The notes: generated by a model not told the origin, from the sequence alone. Positions 11,786 through 26,800 are shown, counted from the stretch's first letter. The stretch is 64,000 nucleotides of DNA from Nemertoderma westbladi (GCA_032718475.1 JAUCBJ010008363.1:186001-250000); one strand, 5' to 3'. Program-made: numbers and translations.

Positions 11786-13203
11786 CCCTATTACCACTGG
11801 GGTGTTTTGACCATTAGCACCACTGGGGGGGGGGCCGATTCGGCCCACCCACTATATTTTTGTAGTCGTCCAATGAAATCCTACAAAATTTGGGCTGTTG
11901 GTGAAACAACTATAGATGAACACTACCAAATCTTAAAAAGTTAAAATTTCATAAGCAGGGTCTCATAATTTTGATGAAAAATAAAAGTAGTCCCAGGACA
12001 AAATTACAAAATTTTTCGTTTTCTAAAAACTAATAGTGTGGCAGTGTTGGCTAGATTTAGTAGGTTTTTCAAGACGCTGAATCGAATGTGATTATATTCC
12101 ACTTCCAAAAATTGAAGTGGATGCTATTTTTCGTGCACCTAAGAAGTGGGCGTGGCACTTCAAATTTTGAAAAATTAGATATTCAGAAAATGCCCCTAAT
12201 TTTTTTATTTCAACGCATCTTTATGGGTTTTCTGGGCCGCTGAATCGATTGAAAGTAATATAGAAGCCTGAAGACTGAGTGGTTTGCCATTTTTGGTGCA
12301 CCAAAATTAGGGCGTGGCACTTCAAATTTTGAAAAATACGAGATTCGGAAAATTAACCAAAATTGAAATTTTAACGAATTTATATAGGTTATCCAGACCG
12401 CTGAATCGATTGAAAGTAATATAGAAGCCTGAAGACTTAGAATTTAGCCATTTTTTGAAATCAAAACTTTAGTGTTTTTTCCGAATAAATAAATTTTGAA
12501 AATTTGAAGTGCCACGCCCTAATTTTGGTGCACCGAAAATTACGTACACAAAGGATTTGAGGCTTCTATATTACTTTCAATCGATTCAGCGCTCCAGAAA
12601 ACCTATAAAATTAATTTGAAATCAAAACTTTAGTGAATTTTCCGAATCTCGTATTTTTCAAAATTTGAAGTGCCACGCCCTAATTTTGGTGCACCAAAAA
12701 TGGCGAACCACTAAGTCTTTAGGCTTCTATATTACTTTCAATCGATTCAGCGCTCCAGAAAACCTATAAAAATGCTTTGCAAATCAAAACTTTAGTGTAT
12801 TTTCCGAATCTCGTATTTTTCAAAATTTGAAGTGCCACGCCCTAATTTTGGTGCTCCAAAAATGACGTACCACTACAATTACATACTTGTATAGAGCATT
12901 AGCGTGATCCAAACCAATAAAAATAAATAAAAATAGCCCAAACACAAATAATTACTAAATCACAAATGACTTTGTAAAATTCGAAAATTTCAAAAAATTT
13001 GGTGCTGGAGACCAAATTTTGAGGTAACACCCACATCGAAAAGTAGAAATTCAATTGCAACGGGGTTTTTTGCAAAAGATGCGGCATTAAATTTTGCTAA
13101 TTCTCACAAAAAATTGGGCCGGTACGTAATGTGGTTGCATAGTTACAGCAACTAAAAACTAGGAAGGGGCCGATTCGGCCCCCCCCCCCCAGTGCTAATA
13201 GGG
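11786..13203. mobile_element. Non-autonomous piggyBac-type element A (1418 bp)
   Basis: TTAA TSD at 11782-11785 and 13204-13207; TIR CCCTATTA(C/G)CACTGGGG; subterminal palindrome GGGCCGATTCGGCCC near both ends; no credible ORF; satellite resumes in register. Confidence 0.9.
12060..12870. repeat. Internal ~162-bp repeats, first direct then inverted
   Basis: GCTGAATCGA at ~12077, 12239, 12400; reverse-strand units TTTGAAGTGCCACGCCC at ~12503, 12664, 12826. Confidence 0.85.
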
Positions 13204-16200
13204 TTAAGATTGTCTATCTCGTGGAGTGGGTTAGAAGTTATAAATATGAAAATCGATGTCATTTTTTGTAAAAAATCTGAGAATATTTTGATAAATTATT
13301 GCTGAAAGCCCAAGGATTTTGACATGGCTTTAATACTTCATTATGTTCATGAAATAGCTGAGAAATTTGAGGTCAGTTATTGTAATACATATTATCTTCG
13401 GCTCCAGCCGCTTTGACAATACGATGAAACTATAATAAATATTCTAGAACACAACAATATTAACAGGGAGATAGGCTACTTATCTCTCCACTCTGAGAGC
13501 CTCAGAAAGGGGGTGTTCCGCCGCAATTAAATTTCATCCATCTCCAGGGGAAAGGCGAAGCAAAGAACAGCTGATTACTTCTATAAATGTAAGTGTTACC
13601 TGCTCCTTTGACTTTCATTTAAGATTCTTTATCTTGTGGAGTGGGTTAGAAGTCATGAATATGAAAATCGACGTCGTTTTTTGTAAAAAATCAGAGGAGT
13701 TTTTAATAAATTATTGCTGAAAAACACCAAGGATTTTGACATGGCTTTAATACTCATTATATTTATGAAATAGCTGAGAAATTTGAGGTGAATTAATGTA
13801 TCACATATTAACTTCGGCTCCAGCCGCTTTGGTAATACGATGAAACTATAATAAATATTCTAGAACACAACAATATTAACAGGGAGATAGGCTACTTATC
13901 TCTTCACTCTGAGAGCCTCAAAAAGGGGGTGTTCCGACGCAATCAAAATTTATCCATCTCCAGGGGAAAGACGAAGCAAAGAACAGCTGATTTCTTCTAT
14001 AAATTTAAGTGTTACCTGCTCCTTTGACTTTCATTTAAGATTGTCTATCTCTTGGAGTGGGTTAGAAGTCATGAATATGAAAATCGATGTCGTTTTATGT
14101 AAAAAATCAGAGGAGATTTTAATAAATTAATGCTGAAAAACACCAAGGATTTTATACTCATTATATTCATGAACTATTTGAGATATTTAATACGATGAAA
14201 CTATAATAAATATTCTAGAACACAACAATATTAACAGGGAGATAGGCTACTTATATCTTCACTCTGAGAGCCACAGATAGGGGGTGTTCCGATGCAATCA
14301 AAAGAAATCCATCTCCTGGAGAAAGACGAAGCAAATAACAGCTGATTACTTCTATAAATGTAAGTATTACCTGTTCTTATGACTTTCGTTTAAGATTCTC
14401 TATCTCGTGGAGTGGGTTAGAAGTTATAAATATGAAAATCGATGTCGTTTTTTGTAAAAAATCAGAGGAGATTTTAATAAATTAATGCTGAAAAACACCA
14501 AGGATTTTGACATGGCTTTAATACTCATTATATTCATAAAATAGCTGAAAATTTGAGGTGAATTATTGTATCACATATTAAGTTCGGCTCCAGCTGCTTT
14601 GGCAATACGATGAAACTATAATACATATTCTAGAACACAACAATATTAACAGGGAGATAGGCTACTTATATCTTTACTCTGAGAGCCTCAAAAAGGAGGT
14701 GTTCCGACGCAATCAAAATTCATCCATCTCCAGGGGAAAGACGAAGCAAAAAACAGCTGATTACTTCTATAAATGTAAGTGTTACCTGCTCTTTTGACTT
14801 TCATTTAAGATTGTCTATCTCTTGGAGTGGGTTAGAAGTCATGAATATGAAAATCGATGTGGTTTTTTGTAAAAAATCAGAGGATATTTTAATAAATTAA
14901 TGCTGAAAAACACCAAGGATTTTGACATGGCTTTAATACTCATTATATTCATGAAATAGCTGAGAAATTTGAGGTGAATTATTGTATCACATATTAACTT
15001 CGGCTCCAGCCGCTTTGGCAATACGATGAAACTATAATAAATATTCTAGAACACAACAATATTAACAGGGAGATAGGCTACTTATCTCTTCACTCAGAGA
15101 GCCTCAAAAAGGGGGTGTTCTGACACAATCAAAATTCATCCATCTCCAGGGGAAAGACGAAGCAAAGAACAGCTGATTTCTTCTATAAATTTAAGTGTTA
15201 CCTGCTCCTTTGACTTTCATTTAAGATTGTCTATCTCTTGGAGTGGGTTAGAAGTCATGAATATGAAAATCGATGTCGTTTTATGTAAAAAATCAGAGGA
15301 GATTTTAATAAATTAATGCTGAAAAACACCAAGGATTTTGACATGGCTTTAATACTCATTATATTCATGAAATAGCTGAGAAATTTGAGGTTAATTATTG
15401 TATCACATATTAACTTTGGCTCCAGCCGCTTTGGCAATACGATGAAACTATAATAAATATTCTAGAACACAACAATATTAACAGGAAGATAGGCTACTTA
15501 TCTCTCCACTCTGAGAGCCTCAGAAAGGGGGTGTTCCGACGCAATCAAAATTCATCCATCTCCTGGGGAAAGACGAAGCAAATAACAGCTGATTACTTCT
15601 ATAAATGTAAGTGTTACCTGTTCTTATGACTTTCGTTTAAGATTCTAATTCTCGTGGAGTGGGTTAGAAGTTATAAATATGAAAATCGATGTCGTTTTTT
15701 ATAAAAAATCTGAGAATATTTTGATAAATTATTGCTGAAAGCCCAAGGATTTTGACATGGCTTTAATACTTCATTATGTTCATGAAAAAACTTAGATATT
15801 TGAGGTGAATTATTGCATTACATTATAACTTTAACTCCAGCCACATTAGCAATACGATGAAACTATAATAAATATTCTACAACAGAACAATATTAACAGG
15901 GAAATAGGCTACTTATCTCTCCACTCTGAGAGCCTCAGAAAGGGTGTGTTCCGATGCAATCAAAATTCATCCATCACCAGGGGAAAGGCGAAGCAAAGAA
16001 TAGCTGATTACTTCTATAAATGTAAGTGTTACCTGTTCTTTTGACTTTCGTTTAAGATTGTCTATCTCTTGGAGTGGGTTAGAAGACATGAATATGAAAA
16101 TCAATGTCGTTTTTTGTAAAAAATCAGAGGAGATTTTAATAAATTATTGCTGAAAAACACCAAGGATTTTGACAAGGATTTAATACTCATTATATTCATG

Positions 16201-19200
16201 AAATAGCAGAGAAATTTGAGGTAAATTATTGCATTACATATTAATTTCGGCTCCAGCCGCTTTGGCAATACGATGAAACTATAATAAATATTGTAGAACA
16301 CAACAATATTAACAGGGAGATAGGCTACTTATATCTTCACTCTGAGAGCCTCAAAAAGGTGGTGTTCCGACGCAATCAAAATTCATCCATCTCCAGGGGA
16401 AAGACGAAGCAAAGAACAGCTGATTTCTTCTATAAATTTAAGTGTTACCTGCTCCTTTGACTTTCATTTAAGATTGTCTATCTCTTGGAGTGGGTTAGAA
16501 GTCATGAATATGAAAATCGATGTCGTTTTATGTAAAAAATCAGAGGAGATTTGAATAAATTAATGCTGAAAAACACCAAGGATTTTGACATGGCTTTAAT
16601 ACTCATTATATTCATGAAATAGCTGAGAAATTTGAGGTTAATTATTGTATCACATATTAACTTTGGCTCCAGCCGCTTTGGCAATACGATGAAACTATAA
16701 TAAATATTCTAGAACACAACAATATTAACAGGAAGATAGGCTACTTATCTCTCCACTCTGAGAGCCTCAGAAAGGGGGTGTTCCGACGCAATCAAAATTC
16801 ATCCATCTCCTGGGGAAAGACGAAGCAAATAACAGCTGATTACTTCTATAAATGTAAGTGTTACCTGTTCTTATGACTTTCGTTTAAGATTCTAATTCTC
16901 GTGGAGTGGGTTAGAAGTTATAAATATGAAAATCGATGTCGTTTTTTATAAAAAATCTGAGAATATTTTGATAAATTATTGCTGAAAGCCCAAGGATTTT
17001 GACATGGCTTTAATACTTCATTATGTTCATAAAAAAACTTAGATATTTGAGGTGAATTATTGCATTACATTATAACTTTAACTCCAGCCACATTAGCAAT
17101 ACGATGAAACTATAATAAATATTCTACAACAGAACTATATTAACAGGGAAATAGGCTACTTATCTCTCCACTCTGAGAGCCTCAGAAAGGGTGTGTTCCG
17201 ATGCAATCAAAATTCATCCATCACCAGGGGAAAGGCGAAGCAAAGAATAGCTGATTACTTCTATAAATGTAAGTGTTACCTGTTCTTTTGACTTTCATTT
17301 AAGATTGTCTATCTCTTGGAGTGGGTTAGAAGTCATGAATATGAAAATCGACGTCGTTTTTTGTAAAAAATCAGAGGAGATTTAAATAAATTATTGCTGA
17401 AAAACACCAAGGATTTTGACATGGCTTTAATACTCATTATATTCATGAAAAAGCTGAGAAATTTGAGGTGAATTATTTTATCCCATATTAACTTCGGCTC
17501 CAGCCGCTTTGGCAATACGATGAAACTATAACAAATATTCTAGAACACAACAATATTAACAGGGAGATAGGCTACTTATATCTTCACTCTGAGAGCCTCA
17601 AAAAGGGGGTGTTCCGACGCAATCAAATTTCATCCATCTCCTGGGGAAAGACGAAGCAAATAACTGCTGATTACTTCTATAAATGTAAGTTTTACCTGTT
17701 CTTATGACTTTCGTTTAAGATTATCTATCTCGTGGAGTGGGTTAGAAGATATAAATATGAAAATCGATGTCGTTTTTTGTAAAAAATCTGAGGATATTTT
17801 GATAAATTATTGCTGAAAGCCCAAGGATTTTGACATGGCTTTAATACTTCATTATGTTCATAAAAAAACTTAGATATTTGAGGTGAATTATTGCATTACA
17901 TAATAACTCCAGCCACATTAGCAATACGATGAAACTATAATAAATATTCTACAACAGAACAATATTAACGGGGAAATAGGCTACTTATCTATTTACTCTT
18001 AGAGCCTCAAAAAGCGGGTGTTCCGACGCAATCAAATTTCATCCATCTCCAGGGGAAAGGCGAAGCAAAGAACAGCTTATTACGGCTATAAATGTAAGTG
18101 TTACCTGTTCTTTTGACTTTCATTTAAGATTCGCTATCTCATGGAGTGGGTTAGAAGTTATAAATATGAAAATCGATGTAGTTTTTGAAAAAAATCAAAG
18201 GATATTATGATTAATTATTGCTGAAAAACCCCAAGGATTTTGACATGGCTTTAATACTCATTATATTCATGAAATAGCTGAGAAATTTGAGGTTAATTAT
18301 TGTATCACATATTAACTTCGGCTCCAGCCGCTTTGGCAATACGATGAAACTATAATAAATATTCTAGAACACAACAATATTAACATGGAGATAGGCTACT
18401 TATATCTTCACTCTGAGAGCCTCAAAAAGGGGGTGTTCCGACGCAATCAAAATTCATCCATCTCCAGGGGAAAGGCGAAGCAAAGAACAGCTGATTACTT
18501 CTATAAATGTAAGTGTTACATGCTCTTTTGACTTTCATTTAAGATTGTCTATCTCTTGGAGTGGGTTAGAAGTCATGAATATGAAAATCGACGTCGTTTT
18601 TTGTAAAAAATCAGAGGAGATTTAAATAAATTATTGCTGAAAAACACCAAGGATTTTGACATGGCTTTAATACTCATTATATTCATGAAATAGCTGAGAA
18701 ATTTGAGGTGAATTATTTTATCCCATATTAACTTCGGCTCTAGCCGCTTTGGCAATACGATGAAACTATAACAAATATTCTAGAACACAACAATATTAAC
18801 AGGGAGATAGCCTAATTCTATCTTCACTCTGAGAGCCTCAAAAAGGGGGTGTTCCGACGCAATCAAATTTCATCCATCTCCTGGGGAAAGACGAAGCAAA
18901 TAACTGCTGATTACTTCTATAAATGTAAGTTTTACCTGTTCTTATGACTTTCGTTTAAGATTATCTATCTCGTGGAGTGGGTTAGAAGATATAAATATGA
19001 AAATCGATGTCGTTTTTTGTAAAAAATCTGAGGATATTTTGATAAATTATTGCTGAAAGCCCAAGGATTTTGACATGGCTTTAATACTTCATTATGTTCA
19101 TGAAAAAACTTAGATATTTGAGGTGAATTATTGCATTACATAATAACTCCAGCCACATTAGCAATACGATGAAACTATAATAAATATTCTACAACAGAAC

Positions 19201-20742
19201 AATATTAACGGGGAAATAGGCTACTTATCTCTTTACTCTTAGAGCCTCAAAAAGCAGGTGTTCCGACGCAATCAAAATTCATCCATCTCCAGGGGAAAGA
19301 CGAAGCAAAGAACAGCTGATTACTTCTATAAATGTAAGTGTTACCTGCTCTTTTGACTTTCATTTAAGATTGTCTATCTCGTGGAGTGGCTTAGAAGTTA
19401 TAAATATAAAAATCGAAGTGGTTTTTGAAAAAAATCAGAGGATATTTTGATAAATTATTGCTGAAAAACCCCAAGGATTTTGACATGGCTTTAATACTCA
19501 TTATATTCATGAACTAGCTGAGATATTTGAGGTGAATTATTGCATTACATATTAACTTTGGCTCCAGCCGCTTTGGCAATACGATGAATCTATAATAAAT
19601 ATTCTAGAACACAACAATATTAACAGGAAGATAGGCTACTTATCTCTCCACTCAGACAGCCACAGGTAGGGAGGGGTGTTTTGACACAATCAAAATTTAA
19701 CCATCTCCAGGGGAAAGACGAAGCAAATAACAGCTGATTACTTCTATAAATGTAAGTGTTACCTGTTCTTATGACTTTTGTTTAAGATTCTCTATCTCGT
19801 GGAGTGCGTTAGAAGTTATAAATATGAAAATCGATGTCTTTTTTTGTAAAAAATCTGAGAATATTTTGATAAATTATTGCTGAAAGCCCAAGGATTTTGA
19901 CATGGCTTTAATACTTCATTATGTTCATGAAAAAACTTAGATATTTGAGGCTAATTATTGCATTACATAATAACTTTAACTCCAGCCACATTAGCAATAC
20001 GATGAAACTATAATAAATATTCTACAACAGAACAATATTAACAGGGAAATAGGCTACTTATCTCTCCACTCTGAGAGCCTCAGAAAGGGGGTGTTCCGAT
20101 GCAATCAAAATTCATCCATCAACAGGGGAAAGGCGAAGCAAAGAACAGCTTATTACGGCTATAAATGTAAGTGTTACCTGTTCTTTTGACTTTCATTTAA
20201 GATTCGCTATCTCATGGAGTGGGTTAGAAGTTATAAATATGAAAATCGATGTAGTTTTTGAAAAAAATCAAAGGATATTATGATTAATTATTGCTGAAAA
20301 ACCCCAAGGATTTTGACATGGCTTTAATACTCATTATATTCATGAAATAGCTGAGAAATTTGAGGTTAATTATTGTATCACATATTAACTTCGGCTCCAG
20401 CCGCTTTGGCAATACGATGAAACTATAATAAATATTCTAGAACACAACAATATTAACATGGAGATAGGCTACTTAAATCTTCACTCTGAGAGCCTCAAAA
20501 AGGGGTGTTCCGACGCAATCAAAATTCATCCATCTCCAGGGGAAAGGCGAAGCAAAGAACAGCTGATTACTTCTATAAATGTAAGTGTTACATGCTCTTT
20601 TGACTTTCATTTAAGATTGTCTATCTTTTGGAGTGGGTTAGAAGTCATGAATATGAAAATCGACGTCGTTTTTTGTAAAAAATCAGAGGAGATTTAAATA
20701 AATTATTGCTGAAAAACACCAAGGATTTTGACATGGCTTTAA

Positions 20743-22296
20743 CCCTATTAGTACCGGGCTATAAAATGCTGTACAAATACCGGGGGGGGGGTCATATTGA
20801 CCCCTCCCTCTAAAATCTACAAATATTAACGAAAACGTCTGATTTTTTGTTTGTACGTAGGTATCACTAGTCTGGATCCGACCGAAAAAAAAAATTTTCA
20901 AAAAAATGTACTGGAGTGGTAATATTGCAGCACCAAAATTACAAGTAGTGCACAATTTTCACAAAATTTGAAAGTTACATTTTTCGGCTAATTGTTTTTC
21001 AATACAGGTTTTCTGGGGCGCAAAATACATTGGAAAATATTTAAAAATGATATGATTACCATAAATGGCTGTTTAGTCCTCTATGCGTAGGAAAAAAATG
21101 AAAAAAACAAGTAACCAGCACTTTTCAGTTAGAACACAAAATTTTTAATTCACTTATACGATGCTATAAATTCTCATTTTTAGGTTTTCTAGGGCGCTGA
21201 TTCTAATGGAATACATTTCAAATATGCCAGATCATTGCTACTTGTATTTTTCGGCGTAATTTGGCAAATTTTGGTGCTAGCACCAAATTTCGTACCCATC
21301 ACCAAAAAGTACAAGTTTGCGATGTCCAGTGCTGTTTTTATTGTTTCCATCGGATTCAGGACCCTCATAAACCCGTATAACGTAAGAAACAAGATGATAC
21401 TATCTACTGATCAATTTACTAATTTTCCAAAATTTGGTGCAAAACAACAATTTTCACCCACCGGCGAAAAATACAAGTTTGAAAACTCTTATGAAATTTT
21501 TACTGATTCCATTGAATTCAGAACCCTAACAAACCCGTATAACGCAAGAAACAAGATGACACAATCAATTGATATATTTGATGGTTTTCAAAATTTGGTG
21601 CTAGCACCACATTTTGCACCCACTTCCGAAAAATACAAGTTTGAGATGTCTAGTTCGATAATTATATATTCCATTGAATTCAGAACAGCCATAAACCTCT
21701 AAAATGCAAGAAATAAATTGTCACAAGCAATTTTATCTATTGAATGGATTTTCAAAATTTCGTGCTAGCACCAAAATTTGCGCACAGCACCGAAAAATAC
21801 AAGTTTGATGCGCTTGGTGCAACTCGTATATATTTCATCCAAACCAGAACCCCAAAAAACCCCAATTGCGTAAAAAACAAGTTTCAAACAATCAATTTAC
21901 AAAATTGACATATTTCAAAATTTGGTGCTGGCACCAAAATTTGGCACCCGCCGAAAAAAACAAGTTTGAAATTTCTAAATCAATTTATATGAATTCCATC
22001 CAATTGCTAACACCAAAAAACCGGTGTAAATCAAAAATAGAGATGTTACAATTAATATTTAATGAAATGTAATTTTCAAAAAACGTCTCAAAAAAAGTGC
22101 CAAAAGTAGGGTTAAAAAATGGTGCTATAACTCGAAAACTACCCAATATTTTTGAAAACGGTTTTCACTACTAGGAAGACAATAGATTTTTAGGAAAAGT
22201 CATAAAATTTCAGAATCCCAACTGCGTTTGTTTCAGAATTATAATAAAAAAACCACGGGAGGGGTCATATTGACCCCCCCCCCGGGTTTAATAGGG
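20743..22296. mobile_element. Non-autonomous piggyBac-type element B (1554 bp)
   Basis: TTAA TSD at 20739-20742 and 22297-22300; termini CCCTATTA...TAATAGGG; subterminal palindrome GGGGTCATATTGACCCC at both ends; satellite resumes in register. Confidence 0.9.
21260..22070 (+). repeat. About five diverged ~163-bp tandem units inside element B
   Basis: AAATTTGGTGC(TAGCACCA)...GAAAAATACAAGTTTG recurs at ~21267, 21430, 21591, 21755, 21917. Confidence 0.8.
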
Positions 22297-23880
22297 TTAA
22301 TACTCATTATATTCATGAAATAGCTGAGAAATTTGAGGTGAATTATTTTATCCCATATTAACTTCGGCTCCAGCCGCTTTGGCAATACGATGAAACTATA
22401 ACAAATATTCTAGAACACAACAATATTAACAGGGAGATAGCCTAATTCTATCTTCACTCTGAGAGCCTCAAAAAGGGGGTGTTCCGACGCAATCAAATTT
22501 CATCCATCTCCTGGGGAAAGACGAAGCAAATAACTGCTGATTACTTCTATAAATGTAAGTTTTACCTGTTCTTATGACTTTCGTTTAAGATTATCTATCT
22601 CGTGGAGTGGGTTAGAAGATATAAATATGAAAATCGATGTCGTTTTTTGTAAAAAATCTGAGGATATTTTGATAAATTATTGCTGAAAGCCCAAGGATTT
22701 TGACATGGCTTTAATACTTCATTATGTTCATGAAAAAACTTAGATATTTGAGGTGAATTATTGCATTACATAATAACTCCAGCCACATTAGCAATACGAT
22801 GAAACTATAATAAATATTCTACAACAGAACAATATTAACCCAGCAACGCCCAACGTCTACATTTGTAACCCCATTAAGGACTGTTTTCAAATCAATGCAG
22901 CATTTGCCTAATATATCCTATAACTATTATAATGCTATAATATGATTAATTAAAGGTGCATCTAGATGACTGACACTTAAAAAGCAGTAAATTTTAAAAA
23001 TTTGTGTTTCTAAATTGACTCTAAAAATCTGAATTATTTTTTTTCAGACATCGATTGCCATTACCTCATTCTACGTAACTATATGGTTGTAGACTACAGG
23101 GATTGGGGCATATTTTTATTGTCAGATAATGGGAGATTTAATAAAACAATTAAATATCTTGAAGTCTGCCCTCTTTAGCATAGCAAATTCAACTTATTTA
23201 CAGAAGACTACATTTGTAGTGCTTGGGCGCCACATAGTGATTGATACTTTCAGAGTCATAGTCCTGCAGTCTGTATGTGATACCAGGTACCGGTACCTGT
23301 TTACCTAAAGCAAAGAAGTTGACAATACAGTACTGCAGTACTGGTAATAGGCATAACGAAATACTGAAATACTGTAACAGTGTAATACCCGTAATACAGT
23401 AATATATTATTTTATATTCCATATTCATTATATACAGATATATATTATATATATATCATATATTCTATATTTTATATTCATATTTTATATGAAGTTAGTA
23501 ACCTACTCACTGCAGATGCAGAACAGTCAGACAGTGCCTAGGGCTGTAGGGCCTACTGACGTATCACTGCATCACTGTCTGACTGTCACTGCTGCACTGT
23601 ATCGTATCAGTCCAGTACCGGTACCGGAATTATATTATTTTCAGTACAACCTTACACCTTCAGACCTTCAGTCAGACCTTAGGCCTACTGCCTTATAGCC
23701 TTAGACTGTTAGAGGTAGAGTGTTGTGTAGGCAGGTACGGTGGTATTTGTAACTTAAGTGTAATTTGTAGTAGGCCTAAAATAGGCCTGTAGGCCTAGGC
23801 TAGTCAGCTAGTTCTGTAGTTCAGGTTACTGGGTTACACAGCCTTGTTGGTCCCGAAACCCGAGTGCAGGGAGTGGAAGA

Positions 23881-26800
23881 ATGCCATACGAACGCTATCT
23901 TACATTAGAGCAAGCGCTGGAAGCGGTATTACGAGATGAAGAAAGCACCGATATTGTAATGATAGGGCCTCCACCTGGTGGAGAAGATAGCGACTTAGAA
24001 AATATCGATGATGACGAATGCATCGGGACTGGTACTAATAATGTCCTCCCTTCTGATGTAGTTTCTGAACTGGAAGTTCTCCATTCCGATTCCATTGCCA
24101 GAACGAGATCAACAAGTCCACCCATTGCTGTTGCCATGGGCGCAGGCCCCAGCCACAATCGCGATCCAGACGTGCCGGAAGGTAAAGTTAAGAAACCTAG
24201 AGCGTTACCTATGAAACGGTCATGGAGTTTAAGATCCAAAGACAATGCCGCTGTTACCGGTACCACTCCTGATTCTGAACTAGGTATACCGGCACCTAAG
24301 TTTAAGAAGATCAAAGATTCAGTCACTGTAGACCTAACTTCTTCGATAAGTAATAAGAAGAATACCAAAATTACTATTCGTTCCAAGAAAAGGATCGCAA
24401 ATAAGAAAAAGAAGCAACTGGAAAAGGTAAGAATATAATTTAATTAATTTATAATAATAAAAATAAATTACAGGTACTGGTACTAGTAATTAAAAATTAG
24501 AAAATTATTTTTCATCGAATACTGGAATATGTCTTTATTTGTATACTATTACTGTATTATATATTAGGCAGTTAGGCCTAATATACTGGTATACTTCCTA
24601 CTAATATACGAATGCGATACCGGTACCTGATTATATTTATATATCAGTATATATATTACCGGTGCGCGGTATATGATTATATTTTATTTTTCCCTAATAT
24701 CTATTTGGCCTTTATTTGTAGGCCCTATCAGCCTATATGGTACCGGTATATATTATTATATATGTTAATGGTACCAGTACCTTATTACCTGTACCCTATA
24801 TAAAATATTTAGACCTGTGCCGGTACTAGTATGCCTATTGTCTATCCGATACTGGTATGCATGGGTGATAGGGAGTTGTGGCGCCGCAATTTTGTTGACA
24901 AGCCGGCACAGCATTCTTAAAAATGCAGCTGCAATGCAGCATGCCGATCCTAGTAGTAGTAGTAGTAGGTATGCGTAATAAACCATAATGCTCCTCATAT
25001 TGTCATATTATATACTTTTTAGTTGAAATGGTACAAAAAGGACTTGAGCTATGTCAAACCAGTTTCACTAGATGCTGAGAAAGATTTCCAGAACAGACAC
25101 CCGCTACTCATTAATTTGAATGAATACGAGACTTTTATGACGTTGTTTGGAGACAATATGGTTGACCTTTTGGTTGAGGAGACAAATAGATATGCTAGAA
25201 ATACGAAAAACAAGGTTGGTCAATATTCAAAATTATTTCATACATATATGTTTTTATAATATTAATTCCAAATCGATTACAAATTTTGAAATAAATAAGG
25301 GTGTGGGGGGGGGGGGGGGGGTAGTATTTAATTTAGTATTTCTATTAATACAAATTATTATTAGTATTGTTAGTCAAAAGATACAATAAACATTTCAATA
25401 AAATACAAAATACTGTAATGAAAAGATTACTAACACCACATATATACATACTGTATGTGTGTGGTATATTTGAATTATAGGTTGGGTTCAAAGTAACCAA
25501 ATATGAAATGTCTAGCTTTATTGGAATTATTCTTTTATCTGGATATAACCAACGACCTAATCAAAGAATGTACTGGTCTAATGATCTTGATGTCTCGTGT
25601 CCAATAGTGTTAAATTGTATGTCTAGAAACCGATTTCTGGAAATCAAAAGTGTCTTCCATGCGGCTGATAATCAAACTTTAGGCCCTGAAAGAATGGCTA
25701 AGAAGGTTTTACCGCTCTACGATCTGTTAAATAAGAAACTCAGTGAAATTGGAACAATTTCATCAAATATCTCCATTGATGAATCAATGCTTCCTTACTA
25801 CGGCCCCCATTCCTGTAAGCAATTTATCAAGGGCAAGCCCTATAGGTAAGTTAACATAAATTTAATTTTCTTGTCAGATACTGAAATATGAATATTTCTG
25901 CTAATATCATATACATTACTTCTATATACTGGTACAAATTTAAATATAATAAAAAAATATAATATTTATATAATATTATTATATTATGTTATTATTATTA
26001 TATATTATATTATTATTATATATGTAGCACCTATATATATATACCTGTATAGAACTAAAATATGGATATAATTAAAATATTAATAATATTTAATTTAAAA
26101 TTAACATTGTAAATAAAATAATTGAAAAAAATTAAATTATTTATTTCAATGTATATGATATTCACTTCGTAGGTTTGGATTCAAGCAATGGATTACGGCA
26201 AGTGCTACTGGGTTTCCATACCATGTGGTGATATATGAAGGGAAGGCTGGTACATCGAATGTCAATCGGCCTCTTGGCACAAGAGTTATCCTTGAGGGAC
26301 TCGAGTCACTGAAGTTGACAGATCCTGGAGAATATCACGTTTACTTTGATAACTTTTTTACTAGTTACGATCTTTTGTGTAATCTTAGTGACCTAGGCTA
26401 TAAAGCCACTGGCACTGTACGGGCTAATAGGACGAAGAATTGCCCCCTTACAAACGTGCCAGTGATGAAAAAATTGAAACGTGGGAGCTATGACTATAGA
26501 AATAGCGGTACTGTATGTTTCGTACGATGGAATGATAATCCAGTGGTCACCATAGGAAGTAATGCATTTGGTGTAGCCCCATTACAGAATGCCAAACGGT
26601 GGGTGAAGGGGGTGGGTACAACTGATATAGAACAACCATACGTTATTCATAGTTATAACCAGAACATGGGGGGTGTGGACTTGTTGGACCGGGCACTGGC
26701 CACCTTTCGTCCTACCATATTTTCAAAGAAATGGTATTTCGGTCTACTAATAAATGCAATAAATATTGCAATGGTGGCATCTTGGCGTATTAGACGCCTT

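Noticed and set aside
14145-14195. Shortened monomer with two small deletions
   Set aside because: Real but single-copy ordinary satellite decay.
21235-21702. 155-aa ORF in element B
   Set aside because: Translation of the ~163-bp repeats; no transposase motifs.
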